Below, in pieces: positions 1 to 13,645 of a stretch of 64,000 bases of DNA (positions are counted from its first letter, which is position 1; the number at the start of each line of letters is the position of its first letter). The notes below the pieces were generated by a model. It saw only the letters and a list, made by a program, of their open reading frames with translations, had not been told where the DNA came from and made no database searches. The stretch covers positions 24,924,001 to 24,988,000 of the forward strand of contig NC_043004.1 in assembly GCF_006345805.1 (NCBI RefSeq), written 5' to 3'. The position numbers and the translations under genes are program-made. The stretch comes from Octopus sinensis. Lineage: Eukaryota.

Positions 1-463
1 ATTGAAATCTCAAAACTACAAAACAATGTGAATAAATAAGCATCACATTTGACAGAATAATTTGAATATTAAAAGGTTAATGGTCAGCACAAAATCTCAA
101 TTCTGGTCTTTTCTGTCACATTTGGAATTTATTCTCTAAATCTGCGAGAGATTCAGGTATGAGAACTAAGTCAATGGTGCAAGGGAGTTTGCCTGGACAG
201 TTGGTCTTAAACTTCTCTGTTGGGCTTGAACTTCTCTGAACAATTATAAACAGGAGGGGTACTAAGAACTGTGTCTATATGGACACCTATTTTCATACTG
301 AATATCTTTTTAAATTCATTGTCAACTCTCACCTGGTTGGTGGCATCTCTATGTGGCTTGTAAGGCTCTCACAAGTCAGTCTATAGAGAAATTTGATATT
401 TTAGAGCATATGATTTTCTCAGTAATGAATTTTCAAAACAATTATAAATAAAATTTAACAATA

Positions 464-598
464 GGTGCAGGAGTGGCTGTGTGGTAAGAAGCTTGCTAAT
501 CAACCACATGGTTCCGGGCAAGTGTCTTCTGCTATAGCCCCGGGCCGACCAATGCCTTGTGAGTGAATTTGGTAGACGGAAACTGAAAGAAGCCTGTC

Positions 599-644
<46 letters not shown>

Positions 645-854
645 ATGTGTTTGTGTGTCTGTGTTTGTCCCCCTAGCATTTCTTGACAACCGATGCTGGT
701 GTGTTTACGTCCCCGTCACTTAGCGGTTCGGCAAAAGAAACCGATAGAATAAGTACTGGGCTTACAAAGAATAAATCTCGGGGTTGAGTTGCTCGACTAA
801 AGGCGGTGCTCCAGCATGGCCGCAGTCAAATGACTGAAACAAGTAAAAGAGTAA
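464..854 (+). mobile_element. tRNA-derived SINE family A (~400 bp, internal TA/TG microsatellite; probably the octopus OK-type family)
   Basis: Head ggtgcaggagtggctgtgtggtaag, body gcaagtgtcttc...gaaactgaaagaagcc, tail gctccagcatggccgcagtcaaatgactgaaacaagtaaaagagta. Many copies occur in the window. The family name rests on remembered lengths only. Confidence 0.8.
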
Positions 855-869
855 TGGATAGTGGATTCA

Positions 870-1465
870 TTCTCACTGCGTGGCACCTTGGGCAAGTGTC
901 TTCTACTATAGTCTTGGGCCAACCAAAGCCTTGTGAGTGGATTTGGTAGACAGAAACTGAAAGAAGCCTGTCGTATATATGTATATATATGTGTATATTG
1001 ACAGGGCAAGACTGCTAGGTAGTCGGCCGCATGCTAGAAATAGATCATCAATGATCAAACTACAAAGAATGTTCTCTAGAGGAAAATTTAGTGAACTCCC
1101 CTAGAGAACATTGCCCTGTCAATATACACATGTATTAGAATTTTTCTCTGATTTTTCAGATTTTTGTATGCTAGACTACTGGTTTTAAATTGAAATAATA
1201 AAATTAATATTAATTTATCTCCTCATTATTTAAATATTGTATATATATATGTGTGTGTTTATGTGTTCGTGTTTGTCCCCCTAACATCGCTTGACAACCG
1301 ATGGTGGTGTGTTTACGTCCCTGTAATTTAGCTGTTTGGCAAAAGAGACCAATAGAATAAGTACTAGGCTTACAAAGAATAAGTCCTGGGGGCGATTGCT
1401 CAACTAAAGGCAGTGCTCCAGCAGGGCCACAGTCAAATGACTGAAACAAGTAAAAGAGTAATGCT
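870..1465 (+). mobile_element. SINE family A split by an insertion in its central microsatellite
   Basis: 5' half at ~870-985 and 3' half at ~1245-1465. Confidence 0.7.
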
Positions 1466-1479
1466 ATAAAACTAATATT

Positions 1480-1690
1480 AAGCATGCTGGACAAAATGCT
1501 TAGCAGCATTTCGTCCATCTTTATGTCCTGAGTTCAAATTTCACCGAGGTCATCTTTGCCGTTTATCCTTTTGGGGTCAATAAAATAAGTACCAGTTGTA
1601 CATTGAGGTCAATATAATTAACTTACCCCCCTCCCTCCCTCCCTCGAACTTGCTGGCCTCATGCCAAAATTTGAAGCCAAAATTGATATT
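1480..1690 (-). mobile_element. tRNA-derived SINE family B (OR2-like)
   Basis: Contains gagttcaaatt..ccgaggtc..ctttgcc..atccttt.ggggtc..taaaataagtaccag, shared with copies at 5915-6150, 10735-11225, 53578-54860 and 61771-63899. Strand and limits are approximate. Confidence 0.6.
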
Positions 1691-1973
1691 TGAAGACAAG
1701 GTAAAATTACTAGCTGCTTTTATAGCAAGTTCGACTTTTAGTTCATGCAACTGAAAAAACCCCACATTATTTATGGGATGACCCAATATATATATATACA
1801 CACACACATGCACTGTAAATAGTTGATGTTAGGAAGGGTATCAAGCCATATAAACCATACTGAAGTGTTGACAATGGAACTCGATGCAACACTGAAGTTT
1901 GCTGGATCCTGTAGAACCATTCAACCCATGCCAGCATAGAAAAAAAGACGTTAAATGATTATTATTATTATTA

Positions 1974-2024
<51 letters not shown>

Positions 2025-2083
2025 ACACACACATACACGTGCACCTGTATGTATATATATATATATACACACATGGATAGACT

Positions 2084-2114
<31 letters not shown>

Positions 2115-2827
2115 GTGCATGTAATCCTTTAGGTACTATGTTAGGAAGTTTACTTAAGCATTCTGCATTTTGTTAAAATTAAGTGTTCTTAATTTGCCTT
2201 TCAAGTTTTGTTAAATCCTCTGCCACAAAATTTTTCTTAAGCTTATCATTAGCTGAGCAATATTCATATGCAAATAGAATTTCAATTCCTGGCAATTGTT
2301 TAATCTTTTCCAGGGTTATGATATAGTTGCTGCATCTTACAAAACTTCCATCAAAATGAATTGGTTGATTGAATGTTCAATTGTTGCATATATCATGTCA
2401 GTTTTCGAGGTTCTTTTAATCTAGACTCATCTTTCATAGAAATAGAAGTAATTTTATCTTGCAATGTAAACAGCATTGATTTGCATTTCTTCTGTTAGCA
2501 ATCCTTCTGGTGTAATCCACATGCTCTACAAACCACTTGAGCTGCTTCTGCTTTATCTGGATCACCAATCTACCAATTTTCACTCCAAAGTATGAGTCAT
2601 AGACCAGAAAAATTTCTTTTTATTGATCTATGTGATTGTAAGTCTAACTTGCTTCTGGTCAATATAGAGTCTACAAATAAATGAGTCTGTAGAGAGACTG
2701 CATTTTTTTTTGTTGTTGTCATTTTGCAAGCATTCTTATTCTTATCAGAAAAAGCTGTACATTTATTTCGTACTGTAATGTACATGTAAGAGCTCTTATT
2801 TGTTGATTTGGGGAGTATTGGCACATG

Positions 2828-2874
<47 letters not shown>

Positions 2875-3713
2875 GTGCATGGCACCACATGTATGTGAGT
2901 TTATGTTTGTATGTGTTATGTATGTGAGTGTACGCATGCTTACAGTGTTCTAGAAATTAGTGTTGGTATGTAAAATATTCTCTATCATACGGGAATTCAA
3001 TTAACAAATGATAATAATAATAATAATGAGGATAATAAATAAAGATAAAACAAACATTGTAAATGATAAGATATTATCTCTGACATCAAATTCAAGTAAC
3101 CCCTATTCTTTATTCTTTAGAATTATAACAGGCATTTATTTTCAAATTGATTTCATTTAGCAGCTGTTTTTCAGATTTAAGCTTAATTCCCCTTTCTGCT
3201 ACAGAACAAACATAAACACACATACATACATAAACATCTCTCTCTCTCTCTCTCTCATGCACTTACATACACACACACACTCATTCATACTCACACTATA
3301 CACATAAATATTTGGTAGTTGTCAGTTGGGAACTATTTCTTTAATAAAGTCTCCATACGTTTGTATTCCACAGACTTTTTGAATGGCAGTGCCACTGCTC
3401 TGAGAACCTGGAATTGTGTTAAATCTAGTAAAGTAGCACTACATTTCATCTTTATAATTATGCTTATAGCTGCAGCTGCTGCTACTGATGAAGGTGATGG
3501 TCACGATTCCCTGTGTTTTTGATGTCCACAATAACACAAAAAAAAAAAATGTTATCCAGATTTTATTGCTATTTTAAAGAATTACACTTCTTACATGGTT
3601 CCACTATTACACAAAGAAAGGACACTTTTGGATTTGTTGCTCAACCATATAGATTCATAGCAAATATTTTCAGTGAAGAGAATGTCCAAATTATTAAAGC
3701 TTTGGCTTTAGAT

Positions 3714-4035
3714 CAGTGGTTCTCAATCCTGAGGGTCCATATAAGATTTTGGGGGGCCCACACAACAAAATAGTTAATTGGGGATTCACAATTGTACTTT
3801 ATGTGCTCCTAAAAATATTTTGATTTAGATGTACGTACTGCAAGAAACAGCTAGGTTTCTTTCTCTAACATTTTACCGTAGTTCAACCTACACGAGGGAA
3901 TGTATGGAAAATAAAATAGGAATTTCGAAAGGGTTTCTATAAAACTCATTTTAAAACATTGAATGAGTATGGGGTCCACCCAAATAAAATAGTAATCAAT
4001 GGGGTCCATAAATACAAAATGGTTGAGAACCCCTG
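3714..4035. mobile_element. hAT (Charlie-like) MITE
   Basis: TIRs CAGTGGTTCTCAA / TTGAGAACCCCTG; 8-bp TSD ctttagat/cttcagat. Confidence 0.85.
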
Positions 4036-4044
4036 CTTCAGATT

Positions 4045-5275
4045 CTCTTGTGCTGCTCAGTGCATTAGGTGGAAAGCTTCCTCTTCTGGGTTCAGTTGAC
4101 TGCTACTCTTGCACATCCATTTCCCATAATGTCTTTGTATTATCTTGAAATATTTACTGCTGAGCTATCTTTAGCCTGTCCTTTTAACACTTGCTGTCTG
4201 GTGGTGCCCAAGTCATGGCTGTTTTCAAGTGCTGTTGATTGGCTAGATGGAAAATGTGGCCAGCTGGGTGTAGTTGCTATTCTGCTACAATCTCTTGCAG
4301 TGGTCATGACCTCAATCTCAGAATTTCCTCATTTGTGATATGGTTCTCCTAGTTGATCATCAAGATCTTTCTGAGGCACTGTTGATAGAATACATTTAGT
4401 TTTCTATCTATCCTTTCCGTGCTCTTTCAAGTCTCACTGGCATAGATTGCAGCAGGTAGAATGATGGAGTTATGTAGATGAAATTTCACATCAGTGTTGA
4501 TGTTTGAGGTCACCCTTATAGAACGCTTATGCTAGAATGCTGTTGCTGCCTTTCCAATCCTGAAGTCTACGTTCAATTGTTGCCAGCAGAAGTAGGAGCT
4601 CTCTGAACTTTGCCCAGCGTAATCTTATTCTCACAGCTCTCAGAGCACCCCACTCCACTACTAACTTGGTCACCTAGATAATGGAAGCTATCTACTACCT
4701 CTAGCTTGTCCCCCCACATCCCCGGCAGTTGTGTCTATTTTCTGCACATTTTCAGTATTTATTGTACCTGTGCATCTTCCACATACAAAAGCTAGTTTCC
4801 CCATTAACCTTCCTCTTATATTGCTGCACCTTTTATGTGTCCAAAGCTGACACTGTGTGCATCTTATGGAGTTTATACCTATGCCTTTTCTACAGGTCGA
4901 GCAGGGCCATCTACCTGAAGGGATTTGTGATTTGTCTGCCTTTCTACTTACTAAGACTTTGATTTTTGCTAGGTTAACTCTAAGGCCCTTTGATTCTTGA
5001 CCTTGCTTCCATATCTGGAACTTCTCTAGTGCTGTAGTAATTCAGCTATAAGAGCAAGGTCATCAACATAGAGAAGCTCCCAAGGGCACCCTGTCTTAAA
5101 TTCTTCTGTTATTGCCTGGAGGACTATGATGAACAAGATGAGGCTGAGCACCAATCCTTGTGAACCCCTATTTGTACCCTGAATTCTTCGCTGTACTTAT
5201 TGCCAACACTCACCTTACTGGTAGCATCCTAGTACATGGTGTGTACAGCTCTCACCAACCACTCGTCTATGTTAC
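4045..5275 (-). mobile_element. Decayed RTE-clade LINE: RT C-terminal half plus PHD-like finger
   Basis: Minus-strand translation with stops and frameshifts: IDEWLVRAVHTMY, QIGVHQG..LSLILF, WELLYVDDLAL, GLRVNLAKIK, WPCSTCRKG...C.QCQLWTHKRCS...FVCGRC. Confidence 0.85.
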
Positions 5276-5334
5276 TTTCATTGCAGTGTAAATATACATG
5301 CATACATATGCACATACAATTATTATTATTATTA

Positions 5335-5895
5335 TTGAATGAGAGAGCAGTGCATGCCATCAAAGTGACACTGGGGTAAAATATACGAAGCCCAGTATAC
5401 CCATCATGACTACCTGTCTGATAAGGGTACACCAGGCACATGCATCACAACTAAATGTGTACGATATGGTGATCTCATATCAAGATAAACTGCATAACTT
5501 TGCAGGTGGGGCCCAGTTAGAATTTTCTTCTGGTCGAGTAGCACATCCTGCTCAAAAGGTCCCTGAATAAGGTTTGTTTAAAGATATTGAACGAACCACC
5601 CATGTTTCCAAAGGTGAATTATCCAAACCTCTAGGAATTTCTTTCAACACAAGGCTATGATGCCCTCCCACTACTTCTGCTTGTGGTCAGAGATGCACAT
5701 ATCGTCAGTCACTAAAGGACATGGTCAACTGGTTATGGTCAAACAACTGACAAGCAAATCTGTGGTATTGAGCAGAATATTTGCTGTAGTCCATCTTTTA
5801 TACCAAAACAAAACAATGTACATGATAACACTTCCAATCAGTTAAGATCAGAAGCCATGAGAGCCACTGTCTGGTACTTCATCAGAGCATTGGTA
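5335..5895. repeat. Interspersed repeat (~550 bp), family unassigned, abutting the RTE fragment
   Basis: Non-simple sequence bounded by (ATT)n and short duplications. No coding motif was recognised. Confidence 0.4.
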
Positions 5896-6539
5896 TTTCA
5901 TCAGGGCATTATCATTAAGGTAGCAAACTGCCAGAATCATTACCAAGCTGGACGAAATACATAGCAGTATTTCACCTATCGCTACGTTCTGAGTTCAAAT
6001 TTCTCCGAGGTCGACGTTGCCTTCCATCCTTTCAAGGTTAATAAATTAAGTACCACTCAAGTACTGGGGTCAATGTGATTGACTTACCCCTCTCCCAGAA
6101 TGTCAAGCCTTCTGCCTATAGTAGAAAGGATTATTATTATTATTATTATGGCCTAGTGGTTAGGGTGTTGCACTTATAATCTAGTGATTGTGATTTCAAT
6201 TCCTAGACCTGGTGGTGCATTGTGTTCTTGGGCAAAACACTTCATCTTGCATGCAGCACGAACATTTGATCACTATAAACAAATCATTTGTACTGGTTGT
6301 TTGGCAAAAGATGAATGCTCATACATTGTCTTTGATGGGAGAGTTATTATTATTATTATTATTATCATTATTGTTAGTTTTTTCTCCTTTCAAATTTGCT
6401 TCTATTTCTTGCCTAGTGCCTTCCCAACAGCTAAGATAAAGAAACTGACTGTATTTATTGATAGGCCATTAAATTAAACACACTAGACGGCTCATTTATA
6501 AAATCAAATAAAGTTATGTATGGAAATAAAAAAAATTAT

Positions 6540-8600
6540 TTACATGGGTGGTAATCATTCTCACAGTGACAATGCTCTCCTTAAGACATATGATCTACCA
6601 GTTAAAACAATCTTTTGCACTTCTTGCAGGGATGGTAAGCCAGGGATCATTCTCAAATAATTTTCACTTTCTTTTTGGATCATTCCAAGTGCTCCTATGA
6701 TCACTGGTATTGTAAATGTCTTGAGATGTCACATTTTTTCAATTTCAATGAGCAAGTTTTTATATTTTCTGAGCTTGTCAAATTCTTTTGCTGAGATATT
6801 ATGATCGCAAGGAATACTCATGTTGTTTTATAAACAAACTTTATTATTTTGGTCTTTTACAACAACAATATCTTGTTTAATAGCTTTGATGGTTCTGTCT
6901 GTATAATCTGGAAAGTCCCAAAGAATTGTTACATTTTCTTCCTCATTTAGTGTGCTGCTATTACTACTTGTCAAATGTTTTTATTTTATAATACTGACAT
7001 ATTAACCAGTGTAGATATTGGTAAACTCTATCATGTCTTGATTTATACTCTACTGGTGCTAAAACTTTACATTCAGAGATTAGGTGGCTCACTGTTTCAA
7101 TCTCATCATTGCAGAATCACAACTTTTCAGTGGGAAAAATATCATTCTCTTCCATAAATGCTTGTTTTCTCCATGAGAATAGATGCTAAATTTTATAGGT
7201 GGTGGATAAATAGGTTTTGGGCCAATAGGTTTTTGAACTTTGGTCTCATTATTTTTTGGGAGTAGAAAAGAATACCACTTGCTAACTAATCAGGTGTTTC
7301 CTTAAGATCTCTCATAATCTCATTGAACAGCTGAACTAACTTTTTGTGTCTTCATGGGAGTGATGAGAGCCAGAAATCTGGCACCCTTACTTTATCAGGG
7401 GATTTCCATTTATGAGCCCTTGCTTGTTCTTGTAAATTTCAATAGGATCCTTCTGTGTATCTAATCCAATCTGCATTTTCATTGTATGTCTTTTTATCAC
7501 TCTAAATCTTTTGCCAAAAGTTTTCAACTTCTTTCATTGGATGTAGGTGGGTTTTAGTGGTTATTTTCTCCATCTCTTTTTCTCTGTAGAATGTTTTGGC
7601 TATGGATGTGAACAGCTTATTTTGCTTGCAAAAATTGTTTCCTTTCTCAAATCTTTGTAATCTTTGGAGCTTTTGTTTGGATTTTTCATTTCAGTGTTTC
7701 TTTTGTTGATATCAGTTCTTCTCTTGGTAAGAATCTGTAATTTCTCTTCATCTTTCCTCCTTTTCTGAATCTTATATAATTTTCGCTGATCAGTTCATTT
7801 AATATTGATATTTTCCCTCTCATTAATTCAATCTCTTTTTCAATTCTACTTCTCTAGTTTGGATATCTTCCCATTTTGGTTTTCTTTGTTTTTTCAAAGG
7901 TACACAATTGGTTTTGATTGCTTTAGCAGATGTATAAATAATTTCATTTAACTCAGTAAGGACAGGTTTTAATTCTTGTATGATTTCTTTTGTTATATAG
8001 TTGCCAATTTTAGTTTTTTTTTGTTTGTTTGTTTGTTTGTATTTGAGAGTTTATGAAGTGGTTTTCAATCATTCATATTTGTATATCTTACAACTAACCA
8101 CAAGCTCATACAGAATTTTCTACTTCATTTCCATCATAGGCTCTCTGTGTTCTTAAGCAAACATGTGATCTCCAAGTGCTGTTTCTGTACCATTTTCCCC
8201 GTCTATCTTTATCTGGGTCATTATTTCGAATGACCCAGATAAAGATTTATCTTATTTCTTCAGGCCTGTGTGTGATTTGGTCAGATGACAGTCTTTCAAT
8301 AAAGACTTGTGACGATCTACTCTTTTCATCTGATTCTTCACTTCCTTCCTGTCTTGTATTTAGGTCATTTTCCACTGTGTGCTTGATCATGATTATTTCA
8401 GTATCTGTGAGTCTACTATTTCTAAAGATATCCCTCCAAACACTTGCTAACTTGTTTTCATCCAAATGGGATCTACTGTCTTGATTTCGTGTTGATGTAG
8501 CAATTGTTTAAATTGTCAGTAGAAACCTTCCCATACATATATGTATCAATAGTTCTTCATTTCGATAGATTTGTCGAGAATTAGATAACCACTTGAGCCA
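6540..8600 (-). mobile_element. Decayed, internally deleted R4/Dong-clade LINE
   Basis: N-terminal DENKLASVWRDIFRNSRLTDTEI, RT-proximal WKSPDKV..DFWL...LLPKNNET, and C-terminal RLE region TILWDF...DIVVVKD...SIPCDHNISAKEFDKL.KY...IPVIIGALG. Confidence 0.8.
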
Positions 8601-9663
8601 CTTGAATTGCTACCACAAAGATAGCATTTATCAACATGAATTGAAAATATGGTGGAAGAGGTGTGTGTTGTTGTTGTTGTTGTTGCTGCTGTTGTGTTTG
8701 TTTAGTTTTAGCACACCCTTGATTGAATAGATCCTTGATGAAGGTTTTTGCAGCTACGATCAACTTGTCTTATATTTTAGACAACGTATCAAGGACTATA
8801 TTATCTAATGTGTCTTTCTTTTTGTAAGGATCTGATTCAAGAGAGCTTTGACTTCTGTTTCTAGCAATTTGAGTAACCACATTGGCTCAAAATTAAGTAA
8901 ATTTACATTTCCAGAAGAATCTTTCATTGTGAGGAGAAATGAAAATAATTGACGTTTTAATTCTTTCCCTGTAATATTGGACTCTCACTTTGTTTTGGTA
9001 TACATAATCGTCCAGTAGTTAAATCAGCTGGACAACTTATTCATTGAATTATGTGAAGTGGCTCAGTATTCCACAGTGCCAGTGCCATGTAAAATACACT
9101 TGTGCTGGTGTCATGTAAAAGGGACCTAGCATTTAGAGAGTTCCCTGGTGGTGTCCAGAGTACTGGTAGGAAGGAAATGGGAAATGTAGAGTAAATCAGA
9201 GCGTGATGGTTTCTGCTCCTCTACCTCTTTCATTGACTGTGATATTTTGCTGTGTTTGTTGATACATGAAACTGTGTTGATAGTCCATGTGTGATATCAT
9301 GATGCTATGTGCTGTATTATGTCTGGAATAAGAAATAACAAGATAACAAATGAGACAAAACATATCATCCTTCACTGCTATCAGACAGAGATTTTTTTTT
9401 AAGACATTTGTACAACTTCTGGGTATCATTCTATTATTTTGCTCTTCAAGTAAGCATGGAAACACTCATCATTTACATATCCTCATAAGAATCATTCCAG
9501 TGCTGTCTTAGATGTCTCAACCAAGAATTCTTTTATTATTATTACATTAGTTGTACCAGTAACGAAGCTGCCACTAAGTAAAATGAAGGCTTGAACTTCA
9601 TAGTCTGAATTTACTATCACAGTTATGATCGAGTACTGATAAAACACACGCACACACGCTCTA

Positions 9664-9763
9664 NNNNNNNNNNNNNNNNNNNNNNNNNNNNNNNNNNNNN
9701 NNNNNNNNNNNNNNNNNNNNNNNNNNNNNNNNNNNNNNNNNNNNNNNNNNNNNNNNNNNNNNN
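9664..9763. other. Assembly gap (100 N)
   Basis: Run of N. Confidence 0.99.
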
Positions 9764-10734
9764 TGTATCATTTATCTATCTCTTTATGTGTGTGTGTGTG
9801 TGTGTATATATACACACACACATATGTATACACCATTAAGCATGAAAATTGTTAGAAAGATGTTTATTATCAATGAAAATTGCTGCTATTTAAGATTAAG
9901 AATTGAGATTATTCAAACAGAATATATTTTTTATTGTTTTGATTCCTCTTTGTGAAATTGTTTTTGTGTGTACAGACAGGGTAGGATGCATGAAAATGTG
10001 CTGTTATCTAAACTCATCTAACTCAGTTATGACAATTATGTCAAGGAAAACATAATTCTAAGTAGAGACAAATGTGCTGCTATGAACATTTTCTTTTGAA
10101 TGTATGACATGTGTTAAGAGAAGACAGGATAAGATAAGATGTGTTAAGACAACAAAGACTTGAGGTGGGGGTTGACAGATTTGCCATGTGGTTAAGAAGT
10201 TGCTTCATAATCATGTGGTTTCAGGTTCAATACCACCACATGGCACCTTTTGTATGCGTCTTTTACTATTACCTTGAGTCAAAAGCCTTGTGAAGTCATG
10301 TAGAGTGATACTTGTGTGGAAATCTGTTGGAAAGATCACTATAGTTCTTCATAGTACATTAGATTCTTCACCTGTTTCAGCAGCACCACCTAGTCTTTCG
10401 AGTTTTTTAGGGAGCTTCAGTTTGTTGCAAGAATTTGGAGCAAGTCTCCAGTCTGGGGGTAATTTATGGGTTTTTTCTGTTCCCTTTCTTGTCCCAGCGG
10501 CTCTTCAACAGGTCATGGGCACAGTCCTTTTTTTTTTTTCTTTCTATTGAACTCTGCCATTAACATCCTCTACCTCAACATTAATCTGTGGGAGATGGTT
10601 GAAAAAACAGATTGAAGGGATAGAAAGTCTTGGGACCGCTTTATACAAGACTTAAGTTAGTCTCACATTTGATCTGTTGAATGAAAGAAATGAATAGAAA
10701 TATTTTGGTTTAAGACCAGCTAATGTGGGGGAGG

Positions 10735-11225
10735 GGTAAGTCATTTACATTGATCCCCCTCCCCCATTATTCAACTGGTACTTATTTTATTGACCCTGAA
10801 TGGATGAAAGGTAAAGTCAACCTCGGCAGAATTTGAACTCAGAACATAAAGACTAATGAAATGCCGCTAAGCATTTTGCACGGCGTGATGGCAATTCTGC
10901 CAGCTTGCTGCCTTAATATATTGACATACATTTGCCAGAATCAGAAATAGTATGTTAAATCAATAATGAAGGTGATGTCATGAATAAAGTCTTCGTTATT
11001 ATTGTCACCACAAAAAGGCGGTGAGCTGGCAGAAACATTAGCACGCTGGGCGAAATGCTTAGTAGTATTTTGCCTGTTTTACGTTCTGAGTTCAAATTCT
11101 GCCGAGGTCAACTTTACCTTTCATCCTTTTTGGGGTTGATAAATTAAGTACCAGTTGTGTACTGGGGTCGATCTAATTGACTGGACCCCTCCCCAAAATT
11201 TCAGGCCTTGTGCCTAGAGTAGAAA
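10735..11225. mobile_element. Head-to-head pair of SINE B copies (minus 10735-10910, plus 11015-11225)
   Basis: Both carry the B body; the plus copy starts aggcggtgagctggcagaaac. Confidence 0.75.
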
Positions 11226-11464
11226 AAATTATTGTCACACAAACATCACTGCTGTTGCTACTGTTGCTGCTTCTGTCACAATTAGCAGCAACAACAACAA
11301 TACCACCATTGCTGCCACCATCACCATCTCCCTCACCAACACCATCACTACCACCACCACCACCCAACATTACCATAACCATCATCAATTGTTTCCACCG
11401 GCACCCTGTAATATAATATTTTGTCCTATTGACCTAATGAGAATGGAAGGTAGTAGTTGGGATT

Positions 11465-11689
11465 TTTCTTTTATTCGTTTAGTCCTTTGATTGCAGCCAT
11501 GCTGGAGCACCTTAAAGGGTTTTAGGTCGAGCAAATAGACCCCAGGACTTATTGTTTATAAGCCTAGTACTTATTCTATTAGCTTCTTTTGCCGAACTGC
11601 TAAGTTACAGAGACATAAATATACCAGCACTGATTGTCAAGTAGTGGAGGAGGGACTAACACAGACACAAAGACCCACACACAGATACA

Positions 11690-11734
<45 letters not shown>

Positions 11735-11940
11735 AGATTGCCGTCAATTCATTCTCTCTTACCTGTTTGTGTTTGCCTTTCAAATGCTGTGTTTTTACTG
11801 AGTAGAAGAAATGGCTATAATCTCTTTGACTGCTATTTCTAAATTCGGTGTGTGGTAAGGCAATTCGTTGCTAAACCCTTAATTGCTTAGTATTACTATA
11901 TATATATATATATATATATATACGTGTATATCTATCTATC

Positions 11941-11973
<33 letters not shown>

Positions 11974-11996
11974 GTGTATATCTATCTATCTGTCTA

Positions 11997-12040
<44 letters not shown>

Positions 12041-12215
12041 TGACAGGCTTCTTTCAGTTTCTGTCCACCAAATCCATCCACAAGACTTTGGTTGGCCTGG
12101 GGACATAGTAGAAGGGACTTGCTCAAGGTGCCATAAAGTGGGACTGAACCCAGAACCATATGGTTGGGAAGCAAGTTTCTTACCACACAGCCATGTCTGT
12201 TTCTTACCATACAGC
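11465..12215 (-). mobile_element. SINE A, interrupted at its central microsatellite
   Basis: 3' part at 11465-11690 and 5' part at 12040-12215. Confidence 0.7.
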
Positions 12216-12589
12216 CATACCTTTGAACGTGAAAGGTTGTAACAAAATACTGCTAAACATTTTGTTTGAAACTCTAATGATTCTGCTAATAAATTACCCA
12301 AGAATCACGACAACAATATATTTTCATTTTGCTACTCAGGCATGACTGTGTTGTTAAAATGTTCATTTTTCTTAACCATACAGTTTTGGGTTCAGTCCTA
12401 CTGTATGACTCTTGGTCAAGTGTCTTCTACAATAGCCTTCTGAGTGAGTTCATTTCTATACTACATGAATATTTAATTAGCCATACTCAGAATTTAAGAA
12501 GAATAATGGAGCTACTCTTTCATGTTTTGGTTGCGATAATTAAAAGTGGATTCTAATTATGAAAGAAGATATAAAAATATTGCATCAAA

Positions 12590-13110
12590 GAATTGTTACT
12601 GACCATCATCAGAAAAATACCATATGTCAATCAGTCTGTTACTTTGATTTCAGTCAGTTACTTTCAACAATGTTAAAATGATCTTAAAACAGGCACGGGT
12701 GACCACTACATGGATTGTCTCTTTGTCTCTGGTACAAAATGATGAAGCCAACGCTCATCTTAGGTTAGGAAATGTTCAAGGAAACCAGTTGGATCTGCCT
12801 CAAACAATATCAGATGTAATCAACCTGGTGTGCTTTTGAGATCAGGTATCAGAAGACATGGCGCCCATTGATTAGGAATGTTCGTCATACCAAGTTCATC
12901 ATGCATAATGTTCTCAACTCTCTCAGTGGATGTGCTAATAGCATTGGCTATTTGATTTATAGTCAATCGCCTGTCATCCATGCTATCTCCCTTCCGCTCC
13001 TAAATCCAGCTGGCCACTTTTGCACTGTTGATAAACCTGGAGCGTTATCCCTGATTTCAGTGAAAAGACATTGAAGTTTGCATTTATAATTATGTTCAGT
13101 CTGGCTCCCC
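12590..13110 (-). mobile_element. Decayed mariner transposase fragment
   Basis: DNAPGLSTVQKW, DDRRLTINQIANAI, ELGM..IPNQWAP.LL, FLT*DERWLHHFVPETKRQSM*W. Confidence 0.75.
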
Positions 13111-13244
13111 ATATTTACTATCAGATCAGTTATCCAGATAATCAGTTATCTTGACAAAATATTTCTCAGCTGTCTCATTTGGACAATTTGAGTCCAACTG
13201 TATGTATTTTTAAGAAGGTTTGATTGACCTGTTCATTGTACTCT

Positions 13245-13645
13245 TTACTTCTTATACTATTTTACTTGTTTCAGTCATTTGACTGCAACCCTGCTGGAGC
13301 ACCACCTTTAGTTGAGCAAATCGACCCCAGGACTTATTCTTTGTAAGCCTAGTAATTATTCCATCGGTCTCTTTTGTTGACGTAAACACACCAGCATCGG
13401 TTGTGAAGCTATGTTGGGGGGAACAAACACAGACACACAAACATATACACACACACATACATATATATATACATATATACGACGGGCTTCTTTCAGTTTC
13501 CGTCTACCAGATCCACTCACAAGACTTTGGTTGGCCTAAGGCTATAGTAGAAGACACTTGCCGAAGGTGCCATGCAGTGGGACTGAACTCGGAACCATGT
13601 GGTTGGTAAGCAAGCTACTTACCACACAGCCACTCCTGTGCCTAT
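13245..13645 (-). mobile_element. SINE A, full length
   Basis: Head, body and tail all present. Confidence 0.8.

Noticed and set aside
2150-2760. Minus-strand stretch with coding-like pieces (IHFDGSFVRC..., ITLEKIKQLPGIEILF)
   Set aside because: Probably a decayed transposase, but it has stops and frameshifts and no motif I can assign with confidence.
11173-11416. Gly-rich and Pro/Leu-rich ORFs on both strands
   Set aside because: They arise from CAC/CAA/CTG trinucleotide repeats at a SINE tail.
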